This document shows, one piece after another, positions 1 through 9,288 of a stretch of 64,000 bases of DNA (position 1 is its first letter; each line of letters opens with the position of its first letter). The notes beneath the pieces are model-generated. The model was not told the DNA's origin, made no database searches, and was given only the letters and a program-made list of their open reading frames with translations. Source of the DNA: Planctomycetia bacterium TMED53 (GTDB lineage: Bacteria > Planctomycetota > UBA8108 > UBA1146); the NCBI GenBank assembly GCA_002167285.1, contig NHDG01000067.1, positions 88,153 to 152,152 of the forward strand, read 5' to 3'. Both the position numbers and the translations under genes were made by a program.

Positions 1-1779
1 AAGCCCGGCGGGATCTATGGCACAAGTCTCGGGGTCATCGATGGTCCAAACTCGATGAGCACGATCGATGAGGTGCGAAAAATCCTCTGCTTTGAGAGAT
101 CCCACCTCAGGTGCATTCGCCTCATTCAGTTGATGGAGAGCATGCAATCTCTCTTCGGTGACCGTTTCTTTGTGTCGGCGATCGCCATCACGAATCGATT
201 CGATAATTCGATCGCTCCACTTACGAAGGGCAGGATCTTGCAGCTGCCTCGCCATCGCTTCGAGCCCTTGGCGCCAATTTTTTCGTAAACATCGGCGATC
301 CTCTTCATCAGGGAAGCAGCGAAGAATGCAACGCAGACGATCGCTTCTGCTAAAAGAATCAGAGTAGTGACTGATCACTCCCAAAACATCTTCGAGACGC
401 TCTTCAGCACTGATCTCACCTTGGTACTCAAGACAACAGGGATCGACACTGACGTGAACTCCACGAGAAGTTTCATCGATGTACCAATGATCAGGGCTTG
501 CCTTCCGCAATCGAATCCCCTGCCGCTGCCGCTGAAGAACGGAGTCGAGCACCGCAAACATCGGTCGGAGGTCTGATGAACTCATGCCGCCTTCCTGAAG
601 CCACCGGCGTAGTGAATTCCCTGACGATTCCTTCTCGATGAGATGCTGACTCCAAGCGCCCTTCTGCTGCGATTGCCTAAACAGAAAAACAGGAGGACTT
701 CGATGCAAAAGAACCTGCTCGATCAGATTACCTTGCCAACCTCTTTGCAGACCTTCCCTGAGAGATTCCCCCCTCAATGTACGCTGGAATCTACTTCGAA
801 TACGTGGCGGGAAATCATGATCCAGAAAGCCGTGAGATCGCCAGTACGTCCAACCATCACCATTCTTTCGTGAAGCACTTCGTCGAAGCCCTCTGCGAAG
901 ACGGCGTTGGCGACGGCGTCGCTCCCTCGATTCGACTTTCGATTCCAATCGCTCTCTTTTGTGAGGGCATACCGATTGAACTTGAATCCCATCACTGAAT
1001 CGAATCGGGCCCACCCCCCAACCGCTGTTGATACCCAGATTCCTAGCGGCCGCTGCCCACCCTTCGAGCATCGCCTCGACATCGTTTCCAGCACGGGATC
1101 CGCCCAATGCCTGCGCGACCTGCTCCAACATCTTCTCTTGAGCTGATTCGAGAACCGAGACGCGGCGGCGAGCGTCATGGAGATCGACAACCCACAACTG
1201 AGTCGATGGGGCATCGTGACCACGGGCGAGAATGTTCCCGGTGTGAAGATCCCGCGCTTCAATTCCCGCCCGCGCGAGCTGCGCCACCAATGCACCGAGA
1301 CGGTGCAAAACATGGACTCTTTCGTCGCCGGCGTAGCGCTCCAAATAAGTGGGAAATGGCTCAGTATCGAGGAGGAACTCGGTCACCACTCCATCCCCTG
1401 AAGGGGACGAGAACCATGCTACAGGTCGCGGCACTGGAACATTCAACTGCTCAGCCTGCTTCAAGAATTGCCATTCGAGTCGAGCCCGCCCCCAACCCAG
1501 CTTTCTGCGCAATCGCGCAAAAGGATCCGATTCCCGATGAATCTTCACCAGCAAAGTAGGGCGTGATGGGGAGGGAGGAATCGCGACCAATTCCCGGTCA
1601 CCACGTTTTTGAATCGGTTCGATGCCTGGAAGTTGCAGAATTTCATCGGCCTCGAATGGCAATCCAGATAACCAATCTCGACGCCGATGAACGACTTCCT
1701 TCAAACCGTCTGCAGAGAACCCACCCAAACCATTCAAGAAGGGATGATTGCGGTAGGTTTCTTCAGTTTGTTGATGCAC
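1..1779 (-). CDS. Lipopolysaccharide kinase (Kdo/WaaP/InaA family)-like protein, runs off the left edge of the window; absent from the ORF track
   Basis: Manual minus-strand translation is open from GTG at 1779 (RBS GGAGGGG) down to at least position 181, presumably to the window edge. Contains LLVKIH, RARLEW, VPVPRPVAW, catalytic loop RDLHTGNIL and LWVVDLH, then a second degenerate kinase-like region ending SRSDRLRCILRCF. Confidence 0.8.
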   Translation of the reverse strand, partial: MHQQTEETYRNHPFLNGLGGFSADGLKEVVHRRRDWLSGLPFEADEILQLPGIEPIQKRGDRELVAIPPSPSRPTLLVKIHRESDPFARLRRKLGWGRARLEWQFLKQAEQLNVPVPRPVAWFSSPSGDGVVTEFLLDTEPFPTYLERYAGDERVHVLHRLGALVAQLARAGIEARDLHTGNILARGHDAPSTQLWVVDLHDARRRVSVLESAQEKMLEQVAQALGGSRAGNDVEAMLEGWAAAARNLGINSGWGVGPIRFSDGIQVQSVCPHKRERLESKVESRERRRRQRRLRRGLRRSASRKNGDGWTYWRSHGFLDHDFPPRIRSRFQRTLRGESLREGLQRGWQGNLIEQVLLHRSPPVFLFRQSQQKGAWSQHLIEKESSGNSLRRWLQEGGMSSSDLRPMFAVLDSVLQRQRQGIRLRKASPDHWYIDETSRGVHVSVDPCCLEYQGEISAEERLEDVLGVISHYSDSFSRSDRLRCILRCFPDEEDRRCLRKNWRQGLEAMARQLQDPALRKWSDRIIESIRDGDRRHKETVTEERLHALHQLNEANAPEVGSLKAEDFSHLIDRAHRVWTIDDPETCAIDPAGL

Positions 1780-1986
1780 GGTTCCCCTCCGCTGAATCTC
1801 AATAGTTGCGGCTGAATCGTACCGCCTCCCCAGCACCGATGCAGGAGATCTGAAAATTGCCTCCGGTAGTTTCGGTGCGCCACAGTTGCTATCCTCGGTT
1901 TAAGAATCAAACCGCATTGATCCCTTGGATCGCCTGATTCACGTTGATTTTGCAGCAGAAGCACAGTTTTTAGGAGTTTCGCCAAT

Positions 1987-3333
1987 ATGGCCAAACAGTC
2001 CTTCGATCGAGCACATCAGGACTTACCCCAGCAGGAAACTGAACGGGACCGGGCCATCGTCCTCAAAGCGTTGACCCCCGGCGACCCCTCAGAAACAGTG
2101 AGTAACGTCGATCCCATCGCCGAGATCACCGCTCTCGCCGATACCGCAGGGGTGGATGTGGTCGACTCCGTGTTGCAGAAGAGACCGAAACCCCACACTG
2201 CAACATACGTGGGTAAAGGAAAACTGGAAGAACTCGCTGAAGCAGCCCAGGAACATGAAGCTCACCTGATCTTGGTCGACGACCCCATCTCGCCAGCTCA
2301 AGGGCGTAACATCGAAGCCGCGACAGAACTCCGCGTCGTCGATCGTTCTGAATTGATTATGGATATCTTTGCACGCAATGCGCGCACCCATCAGGCGAAG
2401 ATTCAGATCGAGTTAGCGCAGTTGAAATACTTTCAATCTCGACTCACCCGAATGTGGACTCACCTTTCCAGGATGGAAGGTGGAGCGGTCGGTACCCGCG
2501 GCCCCGGTGAAACGCAGTTAGAAACGGACCGCCGAATTATTCGCCGTAAGATCTCCTTACTTCACAAACGCCTGGATGAAATCGAGAAGCAGGCAAACAC
2601 CCAGAATAAATCCCGCGCGGAGTCCCTCCGAATCGCCCTCGTCGGTTACACCAATGCTGGGAAGTCGACACTGATGAAGCGACTCACCGGCGCGGATATC
2701 TTGGTGCAGGATCGCCTCTTTTCGACCCTCGATACCAGCACTCGTAAGTGGGAGTTGGATTTGCCCTTTGATGTGCTGCTCTCTGATACGGTCGGATTTA
2801 TTCGTAAACTGCCCCACGATCTAGTCGCCTCATTCCATGCCACCTTGATGGAGGCACGGGAAGCGGATCTCTTGCTCCACGTGATCGATGCATCTTCTCT
2901 AACCGTTGATTTTGATATGGAATCGGTAGAAAGAACCCTGCAGCGCATCAGCTGTGGAGATCACCCATGCTGGCTCGTCTTCAATAAGTTGGATCGATTG
3001 CAAGAGGAGCGCCGCATCGATCTACAGCATCTCTTGGCAGAAAATGAAAACTCTTTCGCCATCAGCGCGGGAACCGGAAGCGGAGTGGATCTGCTCGTAG
3101 AAAAGATCGTCGAGCTGGGGCAGCAGCGGCAAGAGTCCGGCAGCTACCAAATCCCCCATTCGCGAGCAGATCTGGTCGCTAAGTTGCGTCAAAATGCCCA
3201 TATCGAAACAGAGAACTTCCTCGAAGACGGCATCCATTTGGAAGTGCTCTTTAAACCGGGGATGAAAAGTCGCTGGGAGAGCGCTCTTCAGGAAGCAGGA
3301 TTGTGGCCTCAAGCCCGATCCGAATCTTCCTGA
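1987..3333 (+). CDS. hflX: GTPase HflX
   Basis: VGYTNAGKSTL P-loop, LFSTLD, DTVGFI, GTRGPGETQLETDRR signature. Confidence 0.97.
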   Translation: MAKQSFDRAHQDLPQQETERDRAIVLKALTPGDPSETVSNVDPIAEITALADTAGVDVVDSVLQKRPKPHTATYVGKGKLEELAEAAQEHEAHLILVDDPISPAQGRNIEAATELRVVDRSELIMDIFARNARTHQAKIQIELAQLKYFQSRLTRMWTHLSRMEGGAVGTRGPGETQLETDRRIIRRKISLLHKRLDEIEKQANTQNKSRAESLRIALVGYTNAGKSTLMKRLTGADILVQDRLFSTLDTSTRKWELDLPFDVLLSDTVGFIRKLPHDLVASFHATLMEAREADLLLHVIDASSLTVDFDMESVERTLQRISCGDHPCWLVFNKLDRLQEERRIDLQHLLAENENSFAISAGTGSGVDLLVEKIVELGQQRQESGSYQIPHSRADLVAKLRQNAHIETENFLEDGIHLEVLFKPGMKSRWESALQEAGLWPQARSESS

Positions 3334-3372
3334 AGAACACACTCGCTACTTGGTAAAACTCACGCCTCCCTT

Positions 3373-4434
3373 TTAAGGGGAGACCTCAACGACCGGCAGC
3401 TTTTCCAATCGATCGATCATTCCCCTGACAAATCGATCAGCTCTTCCATGGGCATCGGTGTAGGCGGAAAGGCAAGCAGTGGCTGTCTTTCGATCCTTCG
3501 CTTCGATAGCCCCATCGAAAGCCAAGACCCAAAACGCACGAAACTCCGGATCCGACTCGGAGAGCCGCTGATTGTCACGAACCATCGAATAAGCTCGCTC
3601 GACCGCAACTTGGCGTAACTTTTGGACCTCTTCTTTTTCGGCACCCTCAGAGTACGCCAAGCGATAGGGCGTGAAGGCATCCAGAAAACGAATCCGTGCC
3701 TTTTCTCTGAGCCAGCGGCCGACCAGCTCAGCAGGTACTCCCTCGACCTGGATCGCCGCCTCCATCTCTTCAAGAGAACAGCTCTCAGGATTGAGCAACC
3801 CCAAGATCAGAGTCAGATGCGCCTTGGATAAAGCATCCTCGGGGTTGTCTTTAACCTTTTTCTTGAGAAGAAAAATCGTCTCGACCTCAGCAAGTCCCGC
3901 TTCAAGATTTTCCGGGGTATCGGGTCTCCAGTATGGCTCCTTGCCGAAGAGAACCTGGCCTTCCGCATCCATGATCAGGAAGGTGGGGAATCCCCTGAGT
4001 TCATAAGTCTGCATCATCTGCTGATCCGGCTTATCAGGAAGATTTGCACTGATGTTGAGGTAAGGAACAAATCGCTTCGTCGAAGATTTCCACCAATCGG
4101 ACAGGAGGGGGCCCCCCTCCATGAATTCACATGGCGGTCATGGTGCGTAAGATCGAGTGAAGTAAGCGATGATCGGCATGTTTTTTTCCAACGCCTTCTT
4201 CTTCGCCTCTTCTAAAGTGCCTTCCCATGCGATGGCGCTGACGAAAGTTTTTTTCAACTTCTCTTGGTAGTTCTTCTCCATCCGATCTTCGTCGTTGGAG
4301 TAGATCGGATTTGCATCGCTGTTGGAGTGAGACCCGAGGATCATCAGCACCCCAAGGATGAGTGATAAGGGTGACAACTTTGAAGTGCCACGGATCAAGG
4401 ATCGGTGAGAGTGCATCGGCTCCCCTTTCTTCAT
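3373..4434 (-). CDS. Exported thioredoxin-fold selenoprotein (UxxC) with helical C-terminal region; joins track ORFs 4138-4434 and 3373-4122 through an in-frame TGA at 4138-4140 (start may be 4416)
   Basis: Reads ...IIAYFTRSYAP-TGA-PPCEFMEGG... in one frame; cis-Pro loop RGFPTFLIMD; hydrophobic N-terminal signal; hairpin 3' of the TGA; selB present in the window. Confidence 0.85.
4104..4140 (-). promoter_or_regulatory. Putative bacterial SECIS element
   Basis: TGA followed after 17 nt by GGAGGGG-GGC-CCCCTCC stem-loop with a G-starting apical loop about 24 nt after the UGA. Confidence 0.65.
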
Positions 4435-4450
4435 TCATCTTATGGAAGAT

Positions 4451-4476
4451 AACGGAGATCCTCGATTTACCAATCC
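4451..4476 (-). promoter_or_regulatory. SigR/SigH-type ECF promoter candidate upstream of the selenoprotein gene
   Basis: GGATT-N18-GTT, one mismatch to the SigR consensus GGAAT-N18-GTT, just upstream of the start codon. Confidence 0.4.
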
Positions 4477-4542
4477 CACTCCCAAATTGCGTCATAATAA
4501 CACACCCAGGCTGCCTCAAAACAATGCACTATTGGCTGCTAC

Positions 4543-4583
4543 AAAATGAAGCACCCCTCCCGCTTTCCGCGCAGGAGGGGCGC
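4543..4583 (-). terminator. Intrinsic terminator after the ECF sigma gene
   Basis: GCGCCCCTCC...GGAGGGGTGC stem followed by TTCATTTT on the minus strand. Confidence 0.65.
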
Positions 4584-4616
4584 CAGGGATGGTCTCTGGG
4601 TATTTTTAGTGCCAAT

Positions 4617-5249
4617 TCAGGCTGCGCTCAGCTCCCTTTCTGCGAATCCACAGGATTGCGCATACTCCAACAACTCGGCTCGTAACCTCTTTCTAGCCCT
4701 AGAGATACGAGATCTTACCGTGCCCAATGGAACCTGTAATTCATGGGCGATTTCGTGGTAAGCCAGCCCATCGAGGTCGCACATCAACAGCGGGATGCGG
4801 AACTCGTCTGGAAGCTGATGAATCGCTTCCCTGACCTGATCTCCGACCAAATCTAGGCTCGGATCGCCGCCATCTTCCAGCCGTTGCAGCTCTTTTTGGA
4901 CCTCCCAAGATCTCTCTGGGGCCACAGGTTGCGTCAAATCGACATCTTCATGGGTCGGACGGCGCATCTTTTTCCTGCACAGATCGTAAAAGCGATTCTT
5001 GCAGATTCTAAAGAGCCAGGAACGGCAATCTGTCCCCTTCGAAAATGAGTCAAATGCCTTCAAGGCCCTCAAAAGGGTATCTTGAAGCAAATCCTCGGCT
5101 CTATTGCGATCACCCGTTAATGAGATCGCAAATGCCGTCAGAGAGTGGATGTGAGGCAAAACCTCTGCGGAAAAGTCGTCTTCCACAACTCCTTTGCCAT
5201 TCTGGAATACGGAATCCCACTCTTCGAAACTGAACATTTTCATGGTCAT
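4617..5249 (-). CDS. ECF RNA polymerase sigma factor, SigR/SigH-like
   Basis: Region 2 AEDLLQDTLLRA...GTDCRSWLFRI; region 4 LPDEFR...GLAYHEIA...GTVRSRISRARKRLR; C-terminal EYAQSCGF resembles SigR. Confidence 0.93.
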   Translation of the reverse strand: MTMKMFSFEEWDSVFQNGKGVVEDDFSAEVLPHIHSLTAFAISLTGDRNRAEDLLQDTLLRALKAFDSFSKGTDCRSWLFRICKNRFYDLCRKKMRRPTHEDVDLTQPVAPERSWEVQKELQRLEDGGDPSLDLVGDQVREAIHQLPDEFRIPLLMCDLDGLAYHEIAHELQVPLGTVRSRISRARKRLRAELLEYAQSCGFAERELSAA

Positions 5250-5306
5250 GGCCCCCTCAACAGTCAAATGGCCACACTTTCAAAAAACTCGGGCAATCGC
5301 GGTTTA

Positions 5307-5323
5307 AGCAAGGGGTGTGCCAA
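5307..5323 (-). promoter_or_regulatory. Sigma-54 -24/-12 promoter for the ECF sigma gene
   Basis: Minus strand TTGGCAC-ACCCC-TTGCT, consensus spacing, intergenic, about 60 bp upstream of the start. Confidence 0.75.
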
Positions 5324-5425
5324 TCCATTCCCCTCAGGGGAATCTCCAGCATTGGAGACAAATTTCGATATGATCGGGGCGAAGAGATTTGACGGCTTTG
5401 CGCCCCCATTGGGAAGATTTCTGCA

Positions 5426-8400
5426 ATGTTCAAAAATCGATCATTTCTCGCTCTGACGGCGACCCAATTCCTCGGTGCGTTCAATGACAACATCTTCAAG
5501 CAGTTCATCCTTTTGATCGCGCTACAGATGAGTCTTGAATACCTACCTCTGGATGCCCAAGCGGTGGCGATGGGGATCTTTGCTTTTCCATTTGTCATGT
5601 TTGCCTGCCTGGGTGGGTCCATCGCCGACCGAGTCCCCAAACGCCGAGTGATCATCCTCGTCAAATTGAGTGAAATCTTCGTCATGATTCTTGGAATGGG
5701 TGCTTTCTTCCTCGCCAAATCTGATCCAGATCTGGGGATCATGGCGATGATGGGCGTTCTCTTCCTCATGGGAACCCAGAGTGCATTCTTCGGTCCGTCA
5801 AAATTTGGAATCATTCCAGAGACGGTCAGTGAATCGAATCTGACCCGAGCAAATGCCATCATCAGCATGACCTCGAACATCGCCATCATCCTTGGAACGA
5901 CATTCGCGGGATTGATGTTCCTCTTCCTCAATCCTGGAGGAGACCTGACCCAGGGTTACCCCAACTGGTACAGCGGCGTCATCTTCATCTTCATCGCGAT
6001 CATCGGCTGGATTTGTGCTCAAAAAATCAAATCCGGAGCAGAAGCGAGTGCACCCCATCGAAAACTGGAGTGGAACCCGATTCATGAGTTGCGTCACCTC
6101 GCGACCGACAAGCCTCTCCTTGGAGCAGTGATCTCCACCGGTTGGTTCTTCCTGATCGGTGCGCTCGCATTGGCCTCCCTCAATGTATGCGGTAAAGAAG
6201 TGTTGTCGTTAGGAGATGGGGGCTCCCGCCTCTTCTTCTTCGTCGCCGGCGGAATCGGCTTGGGCAGCCTATTAGCCAGTAAACTCTCGGGGGACAAGGT
6301 CGAGATCGGCATCGTTCCCGTAGGGGGAATTTTGATGACCGCCGGCTTTGCCCTGACCACCATCGTCGAAGAAACGCTGCTCGGTTACGGATCAACGCTG
6401 ACGATCGCCGGAATTGGCGGCGGCATGTTCTTGGTACCTCTTGTCGCATACATCCAAGAACGCTCCCGCGGAGAGGAGCGGGGGAAAATCCAAGGTGCCT
6501 CTGAATTCGTCACCTTTTCCTTCATCTTCATGTCCGCACTCGTATGGGACTTTTTCGTCAACACCAACATGCTCGCCCTGAGCCCGGAAGGCACTCTACT
6601 GGCGATCGCTGTGCTGGCATTGACGGGAACACTGGGTGTCTTCTTTGCCGTCCCCCACATCGCCGTGCGATTCCCGGTTTGGATCCTCGTACACACTCTC
6701 TATCGGATTCGAATCCTTGGTATGGAAAACGTTCCACGCCGCGGAGGAGCATTGCTGGTCGTCAATCACTTGTCCTACGCAGATCCATTCCTCGTCGGAG
6801 CCTCGATCCCTCGCTTTGTACATTTCCTTATGCATCGTCAATTCAAGGACATGGGGCTCATCGGTTGGGCAAGCCATCTGATGCGCGCGATACCGGTCTC
6901 CAGTGATGATGGCCCCCGTGCCATCATCCAGTCCTTAGAAAACGCAGCCGAGCACGCTCGCAATGGAAACATCGTCTGCATCTTCGCTGAGGGGGGGATT
7001 TCTAGAACCGGTAACTTACTGCCATTCTCGAAAGGCCTCGAAAAGATTGCCCGAAAAGCGGACGTTCCCATCATTCCGGTCTACCTCGATCGGGTCTGGG
7101 GCAGCATCTTTTCATTCCGCGGTAAAAAATTCTTCTTCAAACGTCCGCTGCGATTGCCATACCCGGTCACTGTCACCATCGGTGAGCCGATGGCTCCCGA
7201 TTCCACCGCCCGACAAGTCCGTTCGCGAGTGGAAGAGCTGAGTGCTCTCGCCCTCGATTCACGCAAACAAAAGGGAATCACCCTCGCCACCCGCTTCCTC
7301 ACGGTTGCTCGAAAATCTAGTGGCAGAACTGCGGTTATCGAAAAAGATCGCCGCCTCTCATTCCGCAAATTTCTAATTCTTGTGCTGCTCCTACGAAGGA
7401 AACTGCGCAAGCGATTAGAGGGACAACAGAATATCGGGGTGATTCTTCCCTCCGGAGTCGGCGGCGCTGCGATCAACATCGCTCTGACCGTCATGGGAAA
7501 AACGGTCAGTAATCTGAATTTCACCGCCGGCACAGCGTCGCTGAAATCTGCTTGTGAACAGTTAGAGCTAAAGACCATCATTTCAGCAAAGATGTTCACC
7601 AGCAAAATTGATATGGACATCTCAGAATTCGCGCCCGATGTCGAAGTCATCGACCTTCCCGCATTGCTGACACGCGAGGTCTCCACCGGGGACAAGATCA
7701 TGGCGATGCTCACAGCTTTACTGCCATCGACTTTCTTGCGCTCTCTGCCAGGAGTTCCCCAAGATCCAGATCAAGATGTTTCAATCATGTTCTCATCAGG
7801 ATCTACTGGCACGCCCAAGGGAGTGCGACTCTCACACCACAACATCCTTTCGAATGTGCGTAGTGTTTCACAAATCTTTGATGTCGATCACAAAGATCGG
7901 GTCGTCGGCTCTCTGCCCTTCTTCCATGTCTTTGGTTACACCATCACTCTTTGGTTCCCCCTTGGAAATGCGATCGGCGCCATCTATCACAATAATCCGA
8001 TGGACACCGACATCATCGCCGAGCTCACCAGAGATCACAAAGGCACGATCTTCCTGTCAACACCGACCTTCTACAGAACCTACCTGCGACGCTTCCAACC
8101 GGAAGATTTCCAATCGGTTCGGATCGCAGGTGCTGGAGCAGAGAAGCTGAAAGCGAGTCTTGCCGAAGCTTGGGAGGAGCGCTTCGGCTCACCACTCCTT
8201 GAAGGTTATGGCTGTACCGAACTGAGCCCGGTGGTATCGGTGAATCTTCCAGATATCGATGTACCCGGATTCCGTCACAAGACCCGCAAACTAGGAACCA
8301 TCGGGCTTCCAATTCCAGGTGTAGTCACCCGCGTCGTTGATCCAGAAACAGGAGAAGATCTCCCCCATGGGGAAGCAGGCCTACTTCTGATTAAAGGCCC

Positions 8401-8890
8401 CAGTGTGATGCAAGGATACCTGGGCAGGGATGACCTCACCGCAGAAGCGTTCGACGGAGAATGGTACAAGACCGGAGACATCGCCAAGGTCGACGAGGAT
8501 GGCTTCCTCGTCATCACCGACCGCTTGTCTCGATTCTCTAAACTCGGCGGCGAAATGGTCCCCCATGTGCTGATTGAAGAAGCCATCCAAGAAATCATCG
8601 ACGCTGCGATTCCCGATGAGGAGGAAACGGATGGCGAAGCGATGGTCGCTGTGACAGCAGTTCCCGATGAATCAAAAGGGGAAAAGCTCGTGGTCGTTCA
8701 TGGCGAACTCCCCATCGACCCTCCCGAAATCCTCGAAAGCTTGAGAACCCGTGGGGACTTGCCTAATCTCTGGCTGCCCCGAAAAGAAGCATTCGTGCCT
8801 GTCGCGGAGGTCCCACGCCTGGGATCAGGAAAACTGGATTTGAAAGCGGTCAAAAACCTGGCCCTCGATCACTTCGGAATCGGCGGTTGA
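5426..8890 (+). CDS. aas: Acyl-ACP synthetase / 2-acylglycerophosphoethanolamine acyltransferase fused to an LplT-like MFS domain
   Basis: N-terminal MFS (TQFLGAFNDN), PlsC motifs NHLSYAD and FAEGGISRTG, AMP-binding FSSGSTGTPKGV, EGYGCTE, YKTGD. Confidence 0.92.
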   Translation: MFKNRSFLALTATQFLGAFNDNIFKQFILLIALQMSLEYLPLDAQAVAMGIFAFPFVMFACLGGSIADRVPKRRVIILVKLSEIFVMILGMGAFFLAKSDPDLGIMAMMGVLFLMGTQSAFFGPSKFGIIPETVSESNLTRANAIISMTSNIAIILGTTFAGLMFLFLNPGGDLTQGYPNWYSGVIFIFIAIIGWICAQKIKSGAEASAPHRKLEWNPIHELRHLATDKPLLGAVISTGWFFLIGALALASLNVCGKEVLSLGDGGSRLFFFVAGGIGLGSLLASKLSGDKVEIGIVPVGGILMTAGFALTTIVEETLLGYGSTLTIAGIGGGMFLVPLVAYIQERSRGEERGKIQGASEFVTFSFIFMSALVWDFFVNTNMLALSPEGTLLAIAVLALTGTLGVFFAVPHIAVRFPVWILVHTLYRIRILGMENVPRRGGALLVVNHLSYADPFLVGASIPRFVHFLMHRQFKDMGLIGWASHLMRAIPVSSDDGPRAIIQSLENAAEHARNGNIVCIFAEGGISRTGNLLPFSKGLEKIARKADVPIIPVYLDRVWGSIFSFRGKKFFFKRPLRLPYPVTVTIGEPMAPDSTARQVRSRVEELSALALDSRKQKGITLATRFLTVARKSSGRTAVIEKDRRLSFRKFLILVLLLRRKLRKRLEGQQNIGVILPSGVGGAAINIALTVMGKTVSNLNFTAGTASLKSACEQLELKTIISAKMFTSKIDMDISEFAPDVEVIDLPALLTREVSTGDKIMAMLTALLPSTFLRSLPGVPQDPDQDVSIMFSSGSTGTPKGVRLSHHNILSNVRSVSQIFDVDHKDRVVGSLPFFHVFGYTITLWFPLGNAIGAIYHNNPMDTDIIAELTRDHKGTIFLSTPTFYRTYLRRFQPEDFQSVRIAGAGAEKLKASLAEAWEERFGSPLLEGYGCTELSPVVSVNLPDIDVPGFRHKTRKLGTIGLPIPGVVTRVVDPETGEDLPHGEAGLLLIKGPSVMQGYLGRDDLTAEAFDGEWYKTGDIAKVDEDGFLVITDRLSRFSKLGGEMVPHVLIEEAIQEIIDAAIPDEEETDGEAMVAVTAVPDESKGEKLVVVHGELPIDPPEILESLRTRGDLPNLWLPRKEAFVPVAEVPRLGSGKLDLKAVKNLALDHFGIGG

Positions 8891-8946
8891 TGGGGTGGTT
8901 CCCATGCCCATCAGCCGTCATGATGACTCCTGAAGAAGGAGGATCG

Positions 8947-9288
8947 ATGGCCCCCGAGCAGGAACCTGATCTAGGAATCCGAAGTTTTCAAAAAACCATC
9001 GAAAGCATCTACTTCGAAAAAGATTCCAAACGCGGAGTAGAAGGCTCATTCATGTGGCTGGTCGAGGAGGTTGGAGAACTGGCACGCTGCCTAAACTCCC
9101 CCGATGCGAACTCCCCTGAAGAGCAAGCTGAGTTTGCCGATGTCCTCGCCTGGCTGGCCAGCATCGCCTCCATTAGAGGGGTCGATCTTGCGACCTGTGT
9201 GAATCAAAAATACGGAACCGGCTGCCCGCGCTGTGATAAAACCCCCTGTAACTGTCACCACCGTGAAGAGAAATCGACCCAACAATGA
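8947..9288 (+). CDS. MazG-like nucleotide pyrophosphohydrolase
   Basis: WLVEEVGELA, EFADVLAWL, C-terminal CPRC..PCNC; RBS GAAGGAGG before ATG 8947. Confidence 0.88.
   Translation: MAPEQEPDLGIRSFQKTIESIYFEKDSKRGVEGSFMWLVEEVGELARCLNSPDANSPEEQAEFADVLAWLASIASIRGVDLATCVNQKYGTGCPRCDKTPCNCHHREEKSTQQ

Noticed and set aside
55-1805. Many short ORFs listed in the first 1.8 kb
   Set aside because: All overlap the long minus-strand kinase-like frame, which carries the conserved motifs
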